Shown piece by piece: positions 1-11,617 of a stretch of 64,000 bases of DNA (position 1 is its first letter; the number at the start of each line of letters is the position of its first letter). Under the pieces are notes generated by a model that made no database searches, had not been told where the DNA came from, and was given only the letters and a program-made list of their open reading frames with translations. The position numbers and the translations under genes are program-made. This stretch comes from Veleropilina oligotropha (taxonomy: Eukaryota), in the NCBI GenBank assembly GCA_048128005.1, contig JBEUKZ010000071.1, positions 248,001 through 312,000 of the forward strand, read 5' to 3'.

Positions 1-1
1 G

Positions 2-94
2 CGGGATTATTCAACTGGTGCTGATGGGTTGAGCAGCTTACAGTGTGTTGCTGCTCAACGATGTATTGTTAGACCGAGGTCGTCTAATCAGTGA
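2..94 (+). CDS. C-terminal tail of DIRS tyrosine recombinase ORF (partial)
   Basis: Frame from base 2 reads RDYSTGADGLSSLQCVAAQRCIVRPRSSNQ*, which aligns with HDYATTAGGEHRISFVAAGQQCITGSGSSRQ* at the end of the 12406-17499 ORF. Confidence 0.8.
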   Translation, partial: RDYSTGADGLSSLQCVAAQRCIVRPRSSNQ

Positions 95-337
95 GTATTG
101 TTCCTTGATTTATCAATTTACATAATCTGTGCTGATGCAATGCTATTGTTATGCCTAGCTATTCTATGAAATAGACATTATGAGGCGATTCAATGTATGT
201 TCATTTCTTAAAAACATTTTAAGATTTTGATACTTTCATGTCATACCTGAGTATTTTGACAAGCCAGTTCACATTGAATTTAATAAACAATTATTTTGCA
301 AAAACGTCTTATAGAATTTTGAGGTTCAATATTATTG

Positions 338-838
338 ATGTTCTAGGCTGTTACAAAGAACATACGATGTTCAAGACATTGAAAAAATTTTAATATTTGC
401 TTCCTTAAAATTTATTTTAAGTAACATGTTATACTCATGTTAGCTATTCGCAAGTTGGTCATGCGAATCACTTATTAATATCGATTATTATAAATAATCT
501 ATTAATTCTTTGCTTAAGATTTGATATATTCACAGCCTAACTAAGGTTCCGTGTGCTTACAAATCCGACTGCTTCCTATGGCTACCTGCCTATGGGCCGG
601 AGTACCATTTGGCTGCCACTGGTCCATGACACGTAAGACCTACAAGGATTCATCCTTCCGGCCGTGCCTGGGGCTGAGTGCACTTCCGCTTCACCTCGTC
701 CGACTAACACCACGGCGTATTCTCCCGGTAACACTGGTCGAAATTCTCGCTTGGTAAGGGTAGAATAATACTCAGTAAATTCCACTCTGGGCGGATGCAA
801 TCGACGCTTCATGCTGATTGAAATGGTGAAAAGTAAGT
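338..838 (+). ncRNA. Putative conserved cis-acting RNA structure in DIRS 3' UTR (copy 1)
   Basis: Ordered hairpins and long-range stems shared with 17728-18236, showing compensatory changes and frame-breaking indels (see findings). Confidence 0.55.
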
Positions 839-1329
839 CATTATCTTGTTTGGGTTTGCTGTAAGGAACTTCTTACCCACCTATCCAAGGTTATTCTGGC
901 AAGAGTAAGGACGTAAGTATGTTTGTAACTACATATGAGGTTTTTAATTAAACCTAATATTAGTTAAAACATACTTACGTCCTTACTACGATTACCCACC
1001 CTGCGTTTCGCATTCCTCCCCTCTTACTAAGTTCCTTTGGGGTTCTGAACTTTGAATTGAGGTCTTGTGACTTCGATGGCTCGGATGTCTCGCGAGACTT
1101 GGCGAGATCTCGCTGGGGGAACTTAGGAGAGGTGGAGCAGGGGAGGTGATCGTAGTGTTTTGACTTAAAAGGAGTGCATAATGTGACTTTATTCACTGTT
1201 TCCGGTTGGCGATAATATGACTATTATGGCAAGAGTAAGGACGTAAGTATGTTTTAACTAATATTAGGTTTAATTAAAAACCTCATATTGCTTCTACTGA
1301 TGGACAATATGTGTCTGAGGGGGCATGAG

Positions 1330-1632
1330 ATTTTTGTTGGATCTTCAGTGTGTCATAAAACTTGGGTGATCTGTCAACGGACGGGTACAGACAACTGCTT
1401 CGGCGGGTGAGTAGATTGCATGCCAGACACTCAAACGAGACAGCCAAGAGGCCCTGGTTCTAACTGCATCAGCAGGTGAGTGGTTAGCGCATCAGACCTG
1501 ACCGAGGTAGTCAGGAAGGCAAGGCCAGCCGGCGGCTTATTCTACCGCTTAAAATAATAGATGGCATATCCCTAATGATTATCAGTGAAATCGGAGTGGG
1601 ACCTTAAACCGGGTGTCACATCTGCTTTAAGG
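1330..1632 (+). mobile_element. Possible degraded SINE-like fragment
   Basis: GC-richer island with hairpin cctgac-N7-gtcagg and a tail gtgaaatcggagtgggaccttaaacc reminiscent of molluscan SINE tails; no clear A/B boxes. Confidence 0.2.
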
Positions 1633-1752
1633 CTGAAAAATTACCAATTTGAAAGTGATCATAAAACATAAGTTGCCAACAAACCGACAGAAGGTAAGAC
1701 AACTTTAAAATTTGCAGAAGGAATGGTAACAATGGTTATACTTATCTGCAGG

Positions 1753-3765
1753 ATGGATCATGGATCATGGATCACGGATCACGGATCACGGATCACGGAT
1801 CACGGATCATGGATCACGGATCACGGATCACGGATCATTGATCATGGATCATGGATCACGGATCACGGATCACGGATCACGGATCATGGATCATGGATCA
1901 TGGATCATTGATCATGGATCATGGATCATGGATCACGGATCATGGCTCATGGATCATGGATCATGGATCATGGATCACGGATCATGGATCATGGATCATG
2001 GATCATGGATCATGGATCATGGATCACGGATCATGGATCATGGATCATGGATCATGGATCATGGATCACGGATCATGGATCATGGATCACGGATCACGGA
2101 TCATGGATCATGGATCATGGATCATGGATCATGGATCATGAATCACCGATCACCGATCATGGATCATGGATCACGGATCATGGATCATTGATCATGGATC
2201 ATGGATCACGGATCAAGGATCACGAATCACCGATCATGGATCATGGATCATGGATCATGGATCACGGATCATGGATCATTGATCATGGATCATGGATCAC
2301 GGATCAAGGATCACGAATCACCGATCATGGCTCATGGATCATGGATCATGGAACATGGATCACGGATCACGGATCACGGATCATGGATCATGGATCATGG
2401 ATCATGGATCATGGATCATGGATCATGGATCATGGAACATGGATCACGGATCACGGATCACGGATCACGGATCATGGATCACGGATCACGGATCATTGAT
2501 CATGGATCATGGATCACGGATCACGGATCACGGATCATGGATCATGGATCACGGATCATTGATCATGGATCATGGATCACGGATCACGGATCACGGATCA
2601 CGGATCATGGATCATGGATCATGGATCATGGAACATGGATCACGGATCACGGATCACGGATCATGGATCATGGATCACGGATCACGGATCATTGATCATG
2701 GATCATGGATCATTGATCATGGATCATGGATCATGGATCACGGATCATGGATCATGGATCACGGATCATGGATCATGGATCACGAATCATGGATCATGGA
2801 TCATGGATCATGGATCATTGATCATGGATCATGGATCATGGAACATGGATCACGGATCACGGATCATGGATCATTGATCACGGATCATGGATCATTGATC
2901 ATGGATCATGGATCATTGATCATGGATCATGGATCACGGATCACGGATCACGAATCACCGATCATGGATCATGGATCATTGATCATGGATCATGGATCAT
3001 GGATCATGGATCATGGATCATGGATCACGGATCACGGATCACGGATCACGGATCACGGATCATGGATCATGGATCACGGATCATGGATCACGGATCATGG
3101 ATCATTGATCATGGATCATGGATCATGGATCATGGATCATGGATCATGGATCACGGATCACGGATCATTGATCACGGATCACGGATCATGGATCATTGAT
3201 CATGGATCATGGATCATGGATCACAGATCACGGATCATGGATCATGGATCACGGATCACGGATCATGGATCATGGATCACGAATCATGGATCACGGATCA
3301 TGGATCATGGATCACGGATCACGGATCATGGATCACGGATCATGGATCATGGATCACGGATCACGGATCACGGATCATGGATCATGGATCACGGATCATG
3401 GATCATGGATCATGGATCATGGATCACAGATCACGGATCATTGATCACGGATCACGGATCACGGATCATGGATCATGGATCACGAATCATGGATCACGGA
3501 TCACGGATCATGGATCACGGATCACGGATCACGGATCACGGATCATGGATCATGGATCACGAATCATGAATCATGGATCATGGATCATGGATCACAGATC
3601 ACGGATCATGGATCATGGATCACGGATCACGGATCATGGATCATGGATCACGAATCATGGATCACGGATCATGGATCATGGATCACGGATCACGGATCAT
3701 GGAACATGGATCACGGATCACGGATCACGGATCACGGATCATGGATCACAGATCACGGATCATTG
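1753..3765. repeat. 7-bp minisatellite (GGATCAY)n, ~2 kb
   Basis: Direct reading: mixed GGATCAT/GGATCAC units with variants TGATCAT, GAATCAC, GGAACAT. Confidence 0.98.
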
Positions 3766-3948
3766 AAGTACAGAGCATTTAGCCTTGGAGTACCTCCACA
3801 ATTAGGAGTTTTGTATGGGCGATTGCGATATATAGACCCTTCTTAAAAACAGATTCCTCAGAGTTAATTAATGGCTTTCACTTGGATTTATCTCAAATCT
3901 GTCACTGTCGATGAGGTTTGCATCATCACCGGGGATTTGCTTTGATGG

Positions 3949-6312
3949 TTGTTTCCATTTATAAAAGACCTTTATTTCATTAGAACTATTATAGATGTGT
4001 GTAGTCGAGTTGTCAAAAAATGTTTCAAAAAAGTTCTGAAGGAAGTAAACAGCTTTTACATTATATCATCGCTTAGAACCATTCCAATAATGCCTAAATA
4101 TGCAATTAGTGACCATTACCCTGTTTGTCTTACACGCCGTGCTCACCAACTTCCTAAAAAGTCTCATCATATTGAGATTGAATACAGAGATTTTAAAAAG
4201 TTTAATGAAGACTCATTTTTACTTCACTTATTTAATGAACCTTTTGATCAAATTTTAACTGAAGTTGATTGTAACTCAGCTCTCCAAAAGTGGTATCAAC
4301 TTTTTAACAATGTTCTAAATTATCATGCACCAGTAAGAAGAAAGCGAGTGAAACAACATTTTAAACCCAAATGGTTAACTCCCGACATTAATAATGCGCG
4401 ACACGTACGTGACAAATATCATAAACAAAAAGACTGGGTAAATTACAAGCACTGGAGAAACAAGGTAACTTCATTGATTCACAGTGCTAAAACTAATTAC
4501 TACAAGCAATCTATAGAAGAAAATCAGAGCTCAGGCAAAGTTTGGAAATATTTAAATGAACTAAATGGTCATAAATCACAATCTATCCCATTGCAACTAC
4601 ATTATGAAGACCTTATTTCAAATTCAATACAGGAATCGGTAGATATCTTTAGCAAATATTTTAGCGAAGTATCAGAAAAGTTATGTCTTCCACCAAAAAG
4701 TTACAATCCAGAAAAACTCAATGAACAACTGAGAGTGAAAACTGCAGATATACCACAACTCACATTTAGAAATGTATCCGAGCTGGAAGTGTATGAAACA
4801 TTAGTATCCTTAAACGTAAAAAAGTCTTCAGGAAATGATTGTATTGGCCCAAAGCTATTGAAATTATGTGCCCCAGTTATTGCAAAATCTGTCACTCATA
4901 TTATTAACCTGAGTATTCAGACTAATGAATACCCGGATCTCTTTAAATGTGCCAAAGTAACCCCCATCTATCAAAATGGATCCAGATATGACCCTGCTAA
5001 CTATAGACCAATATCCGTCCTACCAACACTTTCCAAATTATTCGAAAAACATGTTGCTAACATTGTATACCAATACTTAGATAAAAATAACCTTTTACAT
5101 AACGAACAATCAGGATTTAGAAAGTCACATTCATGTCAAACAGCCCTCACCAAATTAACTGACACCTGGTTAAAAGAAATGGATCAAGGAAATCTAACTG
5201 GTGTGGTTTATCTCGATTTTAGAAAAGCTTTCGATTTAGTTGACCATAATATTCTATTCACAAAATTGAAATGCTATAAATTTGATGAAAATTCCATAAG
5301 CTGGTTGAAATCTTATCTCAGTGGCAGAACTCAATATGTTTGTTTAGGAAATTCAATTTCTGTTCCATCAGTCGTCAAAGCAGGAGTGCCGCAGGGTTCT
5401 GTTTTAGGTCCCCTATTATTTCTTATTTTCATAAATGATCTTCCACTTAATGCAGAAAACTCTCATATCGATTTATTTGCAGATGACAGTACCCTTCATT
5501 CTTCAGGCCCATCACTAATTAACATTCAATCCACATTAAACAAAGACCTAAAGAATATTGAGCAATGGTGTAATGCAAATAACATGCTTTTAAATGAGAA
5601 CAAAACAAAAAGTATGCTCATAACCACGCAGCAGAAATTAATTCATATGAAAGACAAAAACTTAAATTTGTGTATTAATAACACAGGTATCGAAGATGTC
5701 ACAAGTCATAAACTCCTAGGAGTCCATGTCGACCGATTTCTCCAATGGAATGTTCAGGTTAACAACATTTGCAAAATTTTAACATCTAAAATATCACTTT
5801 TGTCCATAATTAAGAAATACCTTCCCCACAAGATAAGAATTCTTTACTATAATGCCTACATTCAACCAGTAATGGACTATTGTGTAACAATATGGGGAAA
5901 TTGTTCAAAACAAGATATTGACAGGCTTCTTAAGTTACAAAAAAGAGCAGCACGCATCCTCCTGGATAAACCCTATGATGAGCCTTCCAAACCCTTGTTT
6001 AAACTACTTCATTGGCACAATATTGAAAAGCGTATTGCATATCATAAAGCAGTTCTAGTATATAAATGTATAAATAGGATTGCCCCACCTTATCTTCAGA
6101 ACATGTTCACTAAAATTACATCTGAATATGCATTGCGTTCAATTGAAAATGGAAATGTCTGCCTACCACTTTGTACAAAACAGCTTTTTCAGAAAAGTTT
6201 TCAGTTCTCAGGTGCTACTATATGGAATATCTTACCTACTAGCATTAAATCTGCATCTAGTCTTTCAATTTTCAAAAGCAAGTGCTTTGACTTCATGTTG
6301 CTAGATGACTGA
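3949..6312 (+). CDS. CR1-group LINE ORF2, 5'-truncated (endonuclease C-terminus + reverse transcriptase)
   Basis: SDHYPV (end of APE domain), NYRPISVLP, YLDFRKAFDLVDH, GVPQGSVLGP, FADD and KLLGV motifs in an uninterrupted frame. Homology probably starts near 4081; the first ~45 aa look like flanking DNA. Confidence 0.93.
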   Translation: MFPFIKDLYFIRTIIDVCSRVVKKCFKKVLKEVNSFYIISSLRTIPIMPKYAISDHYPVCLTRRAHQLPKKSHHIEIEYRDFKKFNEDSFLLHLFNEPFDQILTEVDCNSALQKWYQLFNNVLNYHAPVRRKRVKQHFKPKWLTPDINNARHVRDKYHKQKDWVNYKHWRNKVTSLIHSAKTNYYKQSIEENQSSGKVWKYLNELNGHKSQSIPLQLHYEDLISNSIQESVDIFSKYFSEVSEKLCLPPKSYNPEKLNEQLRVKTADIPQLTFRNVSELEVYETLVSLNVKKSSGNDCIGPKLLKLCAPVIAKSVTHIINLSIQTNEYPDLFKCAKVTPIYQNGSRYDPANYRPISVLPTLSKLFEKHVANIVYQYLDKNNLLHNEQSGFRKSHSCQTALTKLTDTWLKEMDQGNLTGVVYLDFRKAFDLVDHNILFTKLKCYKFDENSISWLKSYLSGRTQYVCLGNSISVPSVVKAGVPQGSVLGPLLFLIFINDLPLNAENSHIDLFADDSTLHSSGPSLINIQSTLNKDLKNIEQWCNANNMLLNENKTKSMLITTQQKLIHMKDKNLNLCINNTGIEDVTSHKLLGVHVDRFLQWNVQVNNICKILTSKISLLSIIKKYLPHKIRILYYNAYIQPVMDYCVTIWGNCSKQDIDRLLKLQKRAARILLDKPYDEPSKPLFKLLHWHNIEKRIAYHKAVLVYKCINRIAPPYLQNMFTKITSEYALRSIENGNVCLPLCTKQLFQKSFQFSGATIWNILPTSIKSASSLSIFKSKCFDFMLLDD

Positions 6313-6661
6313 TATATAAACAAAGTTATGTAACATAACTCTGTCATCCCCCCTTTTGGCTGTTCAGTATATATACATGTATATACATATTGATTGCATC
6401 TTGTCATGGTTTCTTGTCGTGTTACTTACTGTATTGGTGCAACATTGTTAAATACTTAAATTGTGGTAGAGTAGATTAGACTATTGTGTAGAGTTAAGTC
6501 ATTATTCAATATTGTCTATATATTTATACATGTTTCATATGCTGTTTTGATTTTTATGTATGTATACATATATATTTAGTTTAGAGAAGGCCACAAGGGA
6601 GAATAGTTCCAGGACTAATTGTACTACCTTCAGAAAATAAAGAATTATTATTATTATTATT
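4081..6661 (+). mobile_element. 5'-truncated CR1-group non-LTR retrotransposon
   Basis: RT ORF followed by ~350-bp 3' UTR ending aataaagaa(tta)n at 6636-6661. Confidence 0.88.
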
Positions 6662-7392
6662 CTCAACCGTACAATTCTTGATATTGTTAGATATATGAGA
6701 AATGTATCTCTGAATCAACTAGCATGTTCATGAAGTGTGTATGGCTATATCGTTATCTGGAATACTCAGTGATGAAAGAGTTAAAGTACATGTAGATTAA
6801 AATGAATTTATCATCCCCTGCGGTTTCCGAAGGAAAATGCCGAAGGGGGATATAAGGATAGCCTCCGTCCGTCCATCCGGTCACACTTTTGGTTAAAGTT
6901 TTTGGATGTGGTATTACATGCATTTAATTGCTGAATGACTCAATGAAACCTATTTTTGATGGAAAGTAGACATGTTTAGCGTTTAGTTGGAACCAAAAAC
7001 AAAAAGATTTTTTATTTTTATTTATTTTGTGAAAAAAGAGAACTTTGAACATAGACATTTTTCGGTTAAAGTTTTTCTTTTGAGTGTATATCGATTGCTC
7101 AAGGCACATTTTGGCATATAGAAGCTTTACTAATGGTTATATGGATGTGACCTGATACTCTGGCAATGATTTATATTATAATTTTATTTAAATAATGCAT
7201 TAAATTGGTGTTTTGTGACATAGAAATTTAGTTAAAAGTTTTCGGTTAAAGTTTTTCAAAGAGTGCTTATAGATTGTTCATTGCACTTTTTTGCACACTA
7301 AAAATGCTTTGTTGCTGGCTATATTGATGTTAGCTGCTAGCCTGGCAGTGACATTGAACAAAATTTAATATAAATAATTTGTGAAATTGATG

Positions 7393-9408
7393 TTTTTTTC
7401 TCGCCCCGAAGGGAAAGCGAGACTTAGGGATTACATTTTCCGGCGTCGTCGTCGTCTGCGTCGTCGGCGTCGTGTCATTTTGGGTTCAAGTTTTTCACTG
7501 CATGTGTATGGGTTGCTAAAGGCACTTTTATGCATATATAGCCTTTGTTATTGGTTGTATGGATGTCACCTGATACTCTGGCAGTGATATTGAATAAATT
7601 TTAATATAATTAATGGAAATATAGTGGTCTTTTGGGACATAGAAATTTAAGCAAATTTTAGGTTAAAGTTTTCGGTTAAAATTTTTCATCAAGTGTATAT
7701 GGCTTGCTCAAGGCACTTTTTGGCATATATAAGCTTTGTTATTGGTTGTATGGATGTCACCTGATACTCTGGCAGTGATATTGAATAAATTTTAATATAA
7801 TTAAAGATGCAGGATCTACTTCAGATCACTAAAATGTATTTAAATGCTGTTCTCTCTTACACTTTCTGCATTGATTTATTGCATATAGTTAGGACCTTTC
7901 AGAGATTACCACACACGGCAAAATTTTTTTTCACTTAGTAATAAATATTTGAACTTTTTTTATTGAATTATGAGATCGATCTCATAATTCGAGCCGATTG
8001 TACGTGAGATTTATACGGAAATGAACGACGGCTCAACACGTCACTTAGCTCTGCCCTAAATCACTCTCGCGATCTACCAGGTCATTTCAAGGTCGACCTT
8101 GTCTGAGTTTGTTTATATCGGTTTCCATGGCGGATGTCGACACGAGAAAGAGAGGCAGGCCGCCGTTATCGACTGTGAAATGGATGTACGTGAAAAACTT
8201 GAAATAATAAATATCGCTATAAATGAAAATTGGATGCGGCTACTTCAACTTGTAAACAAACAGTGAAGCACTTGCAACAGTGAACGCCCACGACATTACA
8301 ATGTAGCGGTGCGCAATAGGCCTAATTAGTTTGTGAAATAAATATGGTTATTATGTTAGTATTGCTGCCATATACTACAATTATGTGAAACTAGCTATAT
8401 CTTTCAATGCAATACATCAAATTTCAGCGAACTGCTAATACTAGTAAACACTGACCTAGATCCAACGCCATTTGCTTGCTCTGCACGTCAATCATATCGA
8501 CGGGACCACGTGACGTTTGACCCAATAACGATAAATGAGATAAGATGGCTTTCGAAGGTTGACGCGCTCGAATAAAATACCACGTCGGCTGAAGCGATTA
8601 TTAAATAAATGCCAGCAACACCTTTTGTTGCATTTTAACTTTTCCTTCGTCCTAAAAACATGTCATGTATGGATACCATATCGTATTTATGGTTTTCTTT
8701 TATATGAAATATCATACGAATGTAGATTCAGCATCTTTAATGGAAATATAGTGGTCTCTTGGGACATAGAAATTTAAGCAAATTTTAGGTTCAAGTTTTT
8801 CATCAAGTGTATATGCCTTGCTCAAGGCACTTTTTGGCATATATAAGCTTTGTTATTGGTTGTATGGATGTCACCTGATACTCTGGCAGTGATATTGAAT
8901 ATTTTTTATTATAATTAATGGAAATATGGTGGTCTTTTTGAACATAGAAATTTAGGTGAACTTTAGGCTCAAGTATTTCATCAAGTGTATATGGCTTGCT
9001 CAAGGCACTTTTTGGCATATATATGCTTTGTTATTGGTTGTATGGATGTCACCTGATACTCTGGTAGTAATATGGAATAAATTTTATTATAATTAATGGA
9101 AATATGGTGTTCTTTTGGGACATAGAAATTTAGGTGAACTTTAGGTTAAAGTTTTATGGTTAAAGTTTTTCATCAAGTGTATATGGCTTGCTCAAGGCAC
9201 TTTTTGGCACATATATGCTTTGTTATTGGTTAGGGTTAGGGTTAGGGTCACCTGATACTCTGCCAGTAACATGGAATAACATGGACGTCGGCGTCATGTC
9301 ATTTTCGGTTAAAGTTTTTTCGGTTAAAGTTTTTCATTGAATGGAATTTTCTGATACATTGATATATATATTTAAAGGGCGAGACATATCGGACCGTGGT
9401 TCTTGTTT
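7393..9408 (+). mobile_element. HINE B nested in HINE A
   Basis: subTIR tctcgccc / gggcgaga (9377-9384), (gtc)n microsatellite, ~180-190-bp tandem repeats, 3' hairpin + tcttgttt; absent from the sister copy at ~46370. Confidence 0.82.
7805..8736. mobile_element. Non-autonomous TIR element with TTAA target duplication (Kolobok-like)
   Basis: ttaa|agatgcaggatctac ... gtagattcagcatct|ttaa; 5'-AG termini; interrupts the HINE B repeat unit (taattaatggaaat) cleanly. Confidence 0.85.
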
Positions 9409-10058
9409 ATATAAAAATTTGAGCAAAATTATTTAGGTTCAAGTTTTTTTATTATTGCATATAGGTTTAGTAAAGCACTTTTTAATGCATATACTTTGGT
9501 GTTGGCCATATTGACACTACCGGTTATTCTGGAAGTGATATTTAATGAAATTTAAAATAAAATAAAATGTTTTTTGACATAGAAATGTAGTAAACATTTT
9601 CGGTTTAAGTTATACAATTACCACATATTGATTGATCAAGACATGCTGTTGCAAGCATATGCATTGGTGTATGCTTCATAGTTGTTACCTGCTATTGTTA
9701 CAGTTATATTGATTATAATTTAATTTAAATATTCTGTGAAATTTTATTTAAAGTTTCTGGTTAAATTTTATTCAGTGAGTGTAGTTTGGTTGATTTTGTG
9801 ATGCTACATGCTGCTCTGGCAGTGATGTTGCATTCATTTTAACACAAAACTGTGTTAAATTTGTGTATTTGGACATAGAAGTTTTGATTAATGTAACACA
9901 TTGTCAAATAATGTGTTACATTTGCAAGTTTGGACAAAGTTATTCAATTAGTGCATGTGGGCTGCTCAAGATATATTTTATGCATGGTTGATAGATCTAG
10001 GGATTAAAGCTCAATTTCAATCAAAAATCTCCATACCATCAAAACATTGTACTAAATA

Positions 10059-11079
10059 CAGGCCTGCACAAATTGCACGAACGATCGTTTCGTTCGTGCG
10101 TCGGTTAAGCAAATTTAAATGGGACTAACGAAATTCCGTTCGTGCAAGATATTGTATAATAAATGTTCCTTAATAAATATATACATTACATAACTATTTG
10201 TTTTGTTTATTCCACAATTGTTACTTACTAAATTGCAATATTATGCTCTCTGGGTAGTAAGTAGCGAAAGTTAAACACACACGGACATTATAAATTCAAA
10301 TGGACGCGACTTCGTTTGTCAAGGGAAGTAATTTAGGCAGTGAATCTGAATCAGAACTTGCGCGTATTGCGCATGTACCAGATGACAAAATTGCCAAAAA
10401 TAGACACCATTCCGGGATTCCCCAGTGATAGACATCTTGTTAGCCAATGAAAACGACAGAAATGAAATGCTGAACACAATCGGAAAACTTCGATGTGCAT
10501 GGTAAAAAACATAACCCTTGCCACGCGTTTGGTTGTCCAATACACTTGCTAATTAAATTGTTAGTTACAATTGTTTACCGTGGCAAATTTATTATTTTAT
10601 GACCTTTGCAACAAGAAAGATTCCAGGCTGACGACAGCAAACGCAAAATACTTCAAGCGCACGTGAACGGCAGTTGGGTTAATGAAAAAGCGGATCGGCG
10701 ATAGGCGGTTGCATGAAACATTTGGATCAGAAAAAATGCGAAATGATAAAATGACAAATAATGTCGTTGGGCTCAAAATGCTAGGTTCCACTGATTGCCG
10801 TAAAGCAGATCACTTTTGAATGGACAAAAATTAAATGAAAAGTAATATTTTTAAATTCATAATATTGTAAGACAATTTTCAAGTTAGGAGCAAAATGATC
10901 GTGGGTTAAATTTTAACTTTTTACACTGTAATAATGAATGTGGCAGGTAAATTGGAGTCAGTGACTTTGAAAACATAATGTTCAAATGAAAACGGGTTAA
11001 GCAAAGAAAATGGGTTAAGCGAAAAAAATTTGCTTAACCCATTTTCAGGTTAAGCAAATTTTTAATTTGTGCAGGCCTG
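10059..11079. mobile_element. MITE with CAGG termini and 5-bp TSD (hAT-like)
   Basis: Perfect 16-bp TIR caggcctgcacaaatt; aaata on both sides; subterminal ggttaagcaaa motifs at both ends. Confidence 0.85.
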
Positions 11080-11413
11080 AAATATATTTCTTCCATATAT
11101 TCACAAAATGCTTTACCGCGGGGGATGCCTCTATATCGATAGCACTTGTTTTAAGTGTATATTTAACCCTTACTCTGCAAGATAGATTTTGGCCTGCACG
11201 GTATTAATTTGGGGAAAAAGACGTAAAATAGATATACGTCAAAACGAGAGAAATGTATGTACTAAATGCAGTAAAATATCACATATATAATAACAGAGGA
11301 TATGGAAACTATTCATCCTACCTGACTACATGATATATATATATCATTATATATACATAATTATACAGTATATCTTTATATATACATATAAATGTGTATA
11401 TATATCTATATCA

Positions 11414-11617
11414 AATATACTTACGTCCTTACTAATGCCATAATAAGCCTATTATCGCTAAATCCGGACAAGGTGGAAATGGTAATTTCGCACTTTTTAG
11501 TAAATTTAACCCACTGACCCACTGACCTGCTCGACCTCCTCCAGTTCATGCCTATTAAGAGCTCGCCAACTCCCGCGAGATCCTCGTGACCAAGGGTCAA
11601 GACCTCATCCGAAGTTT
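11414..11617. repeat. DIRS left inverted terminal repeat (204 bp)
   Basis: Reverse complement of 18440-18643; no mismatch found by eye. Confidence 0.95.

Larger units (their letters stand above)
1..1288 (+). mobile_element. 3' end of a DIRS1-type tyrosine-recombinase retrotransposon (family 1; 5' part outside window)
   Basis: Internal complementary region at ~896-986 (tggcaagagtaaggacgtaagtatg...atatgagg...catacttacgtccttac). Its 3' half is the reverse complement of the terminus ending cctcatat at 1288. Layout and terminal motif (gtaaggacgtaagtat) match the full element at 11402-18679. Confidence 0.9.
6807..11150 (+). mobile_element. Non-autonomous Helentron (HINE/DINE-1-like) A with nested insertions
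   Basis: T-run, subTIR catcccctgcggt, ccgtccgtccatcc microsatellite and internal tandem repeats. 3' subTIR accgcgggggatg (11115-11127), then hairpin and cttgtt. Insertion-free sister copy at 45796-46925. Confidence 0.82.

Noticed and set aside
551..812. Small ORFs over the conserved DIRS 3' block (also 17907-18230 minus)
   Set aside because: Frames are not preserved between the two copies (1-nt indels between conserved motifs).
1565..1625. Hammerhead-like ctaatga...gaaa
   Set aside because: Core mismatch (CUAAUGA), no convincing stem II, and no properly placed NUH or stem I.
1753..3765. Functional link between the GATC-dense array and the DIRS Dam-like domain
   Set aside because: Only proximity; the MTase motif looks non-catalytic and the array is outside both elements.
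1723..3846. Many long ORFs (MDHGSRIT...) in the 7-bp array
   Set aside because: By-product of a stop-free repeat unit; open in all three frames.
3800..3945. IYRP / IITGD endonuclease-like remnants upstream of the CR1 ORF
   Set aside because: Too short and frame-broken to call; may be an older LINE scrap.
1640..6800. Candidate upstream FBXO15 exons (donor at ~1693, acceptor at ~6690)
   Set aside because: No recognisable FBXO15 peptide; upstream exons probably lie outside the window.
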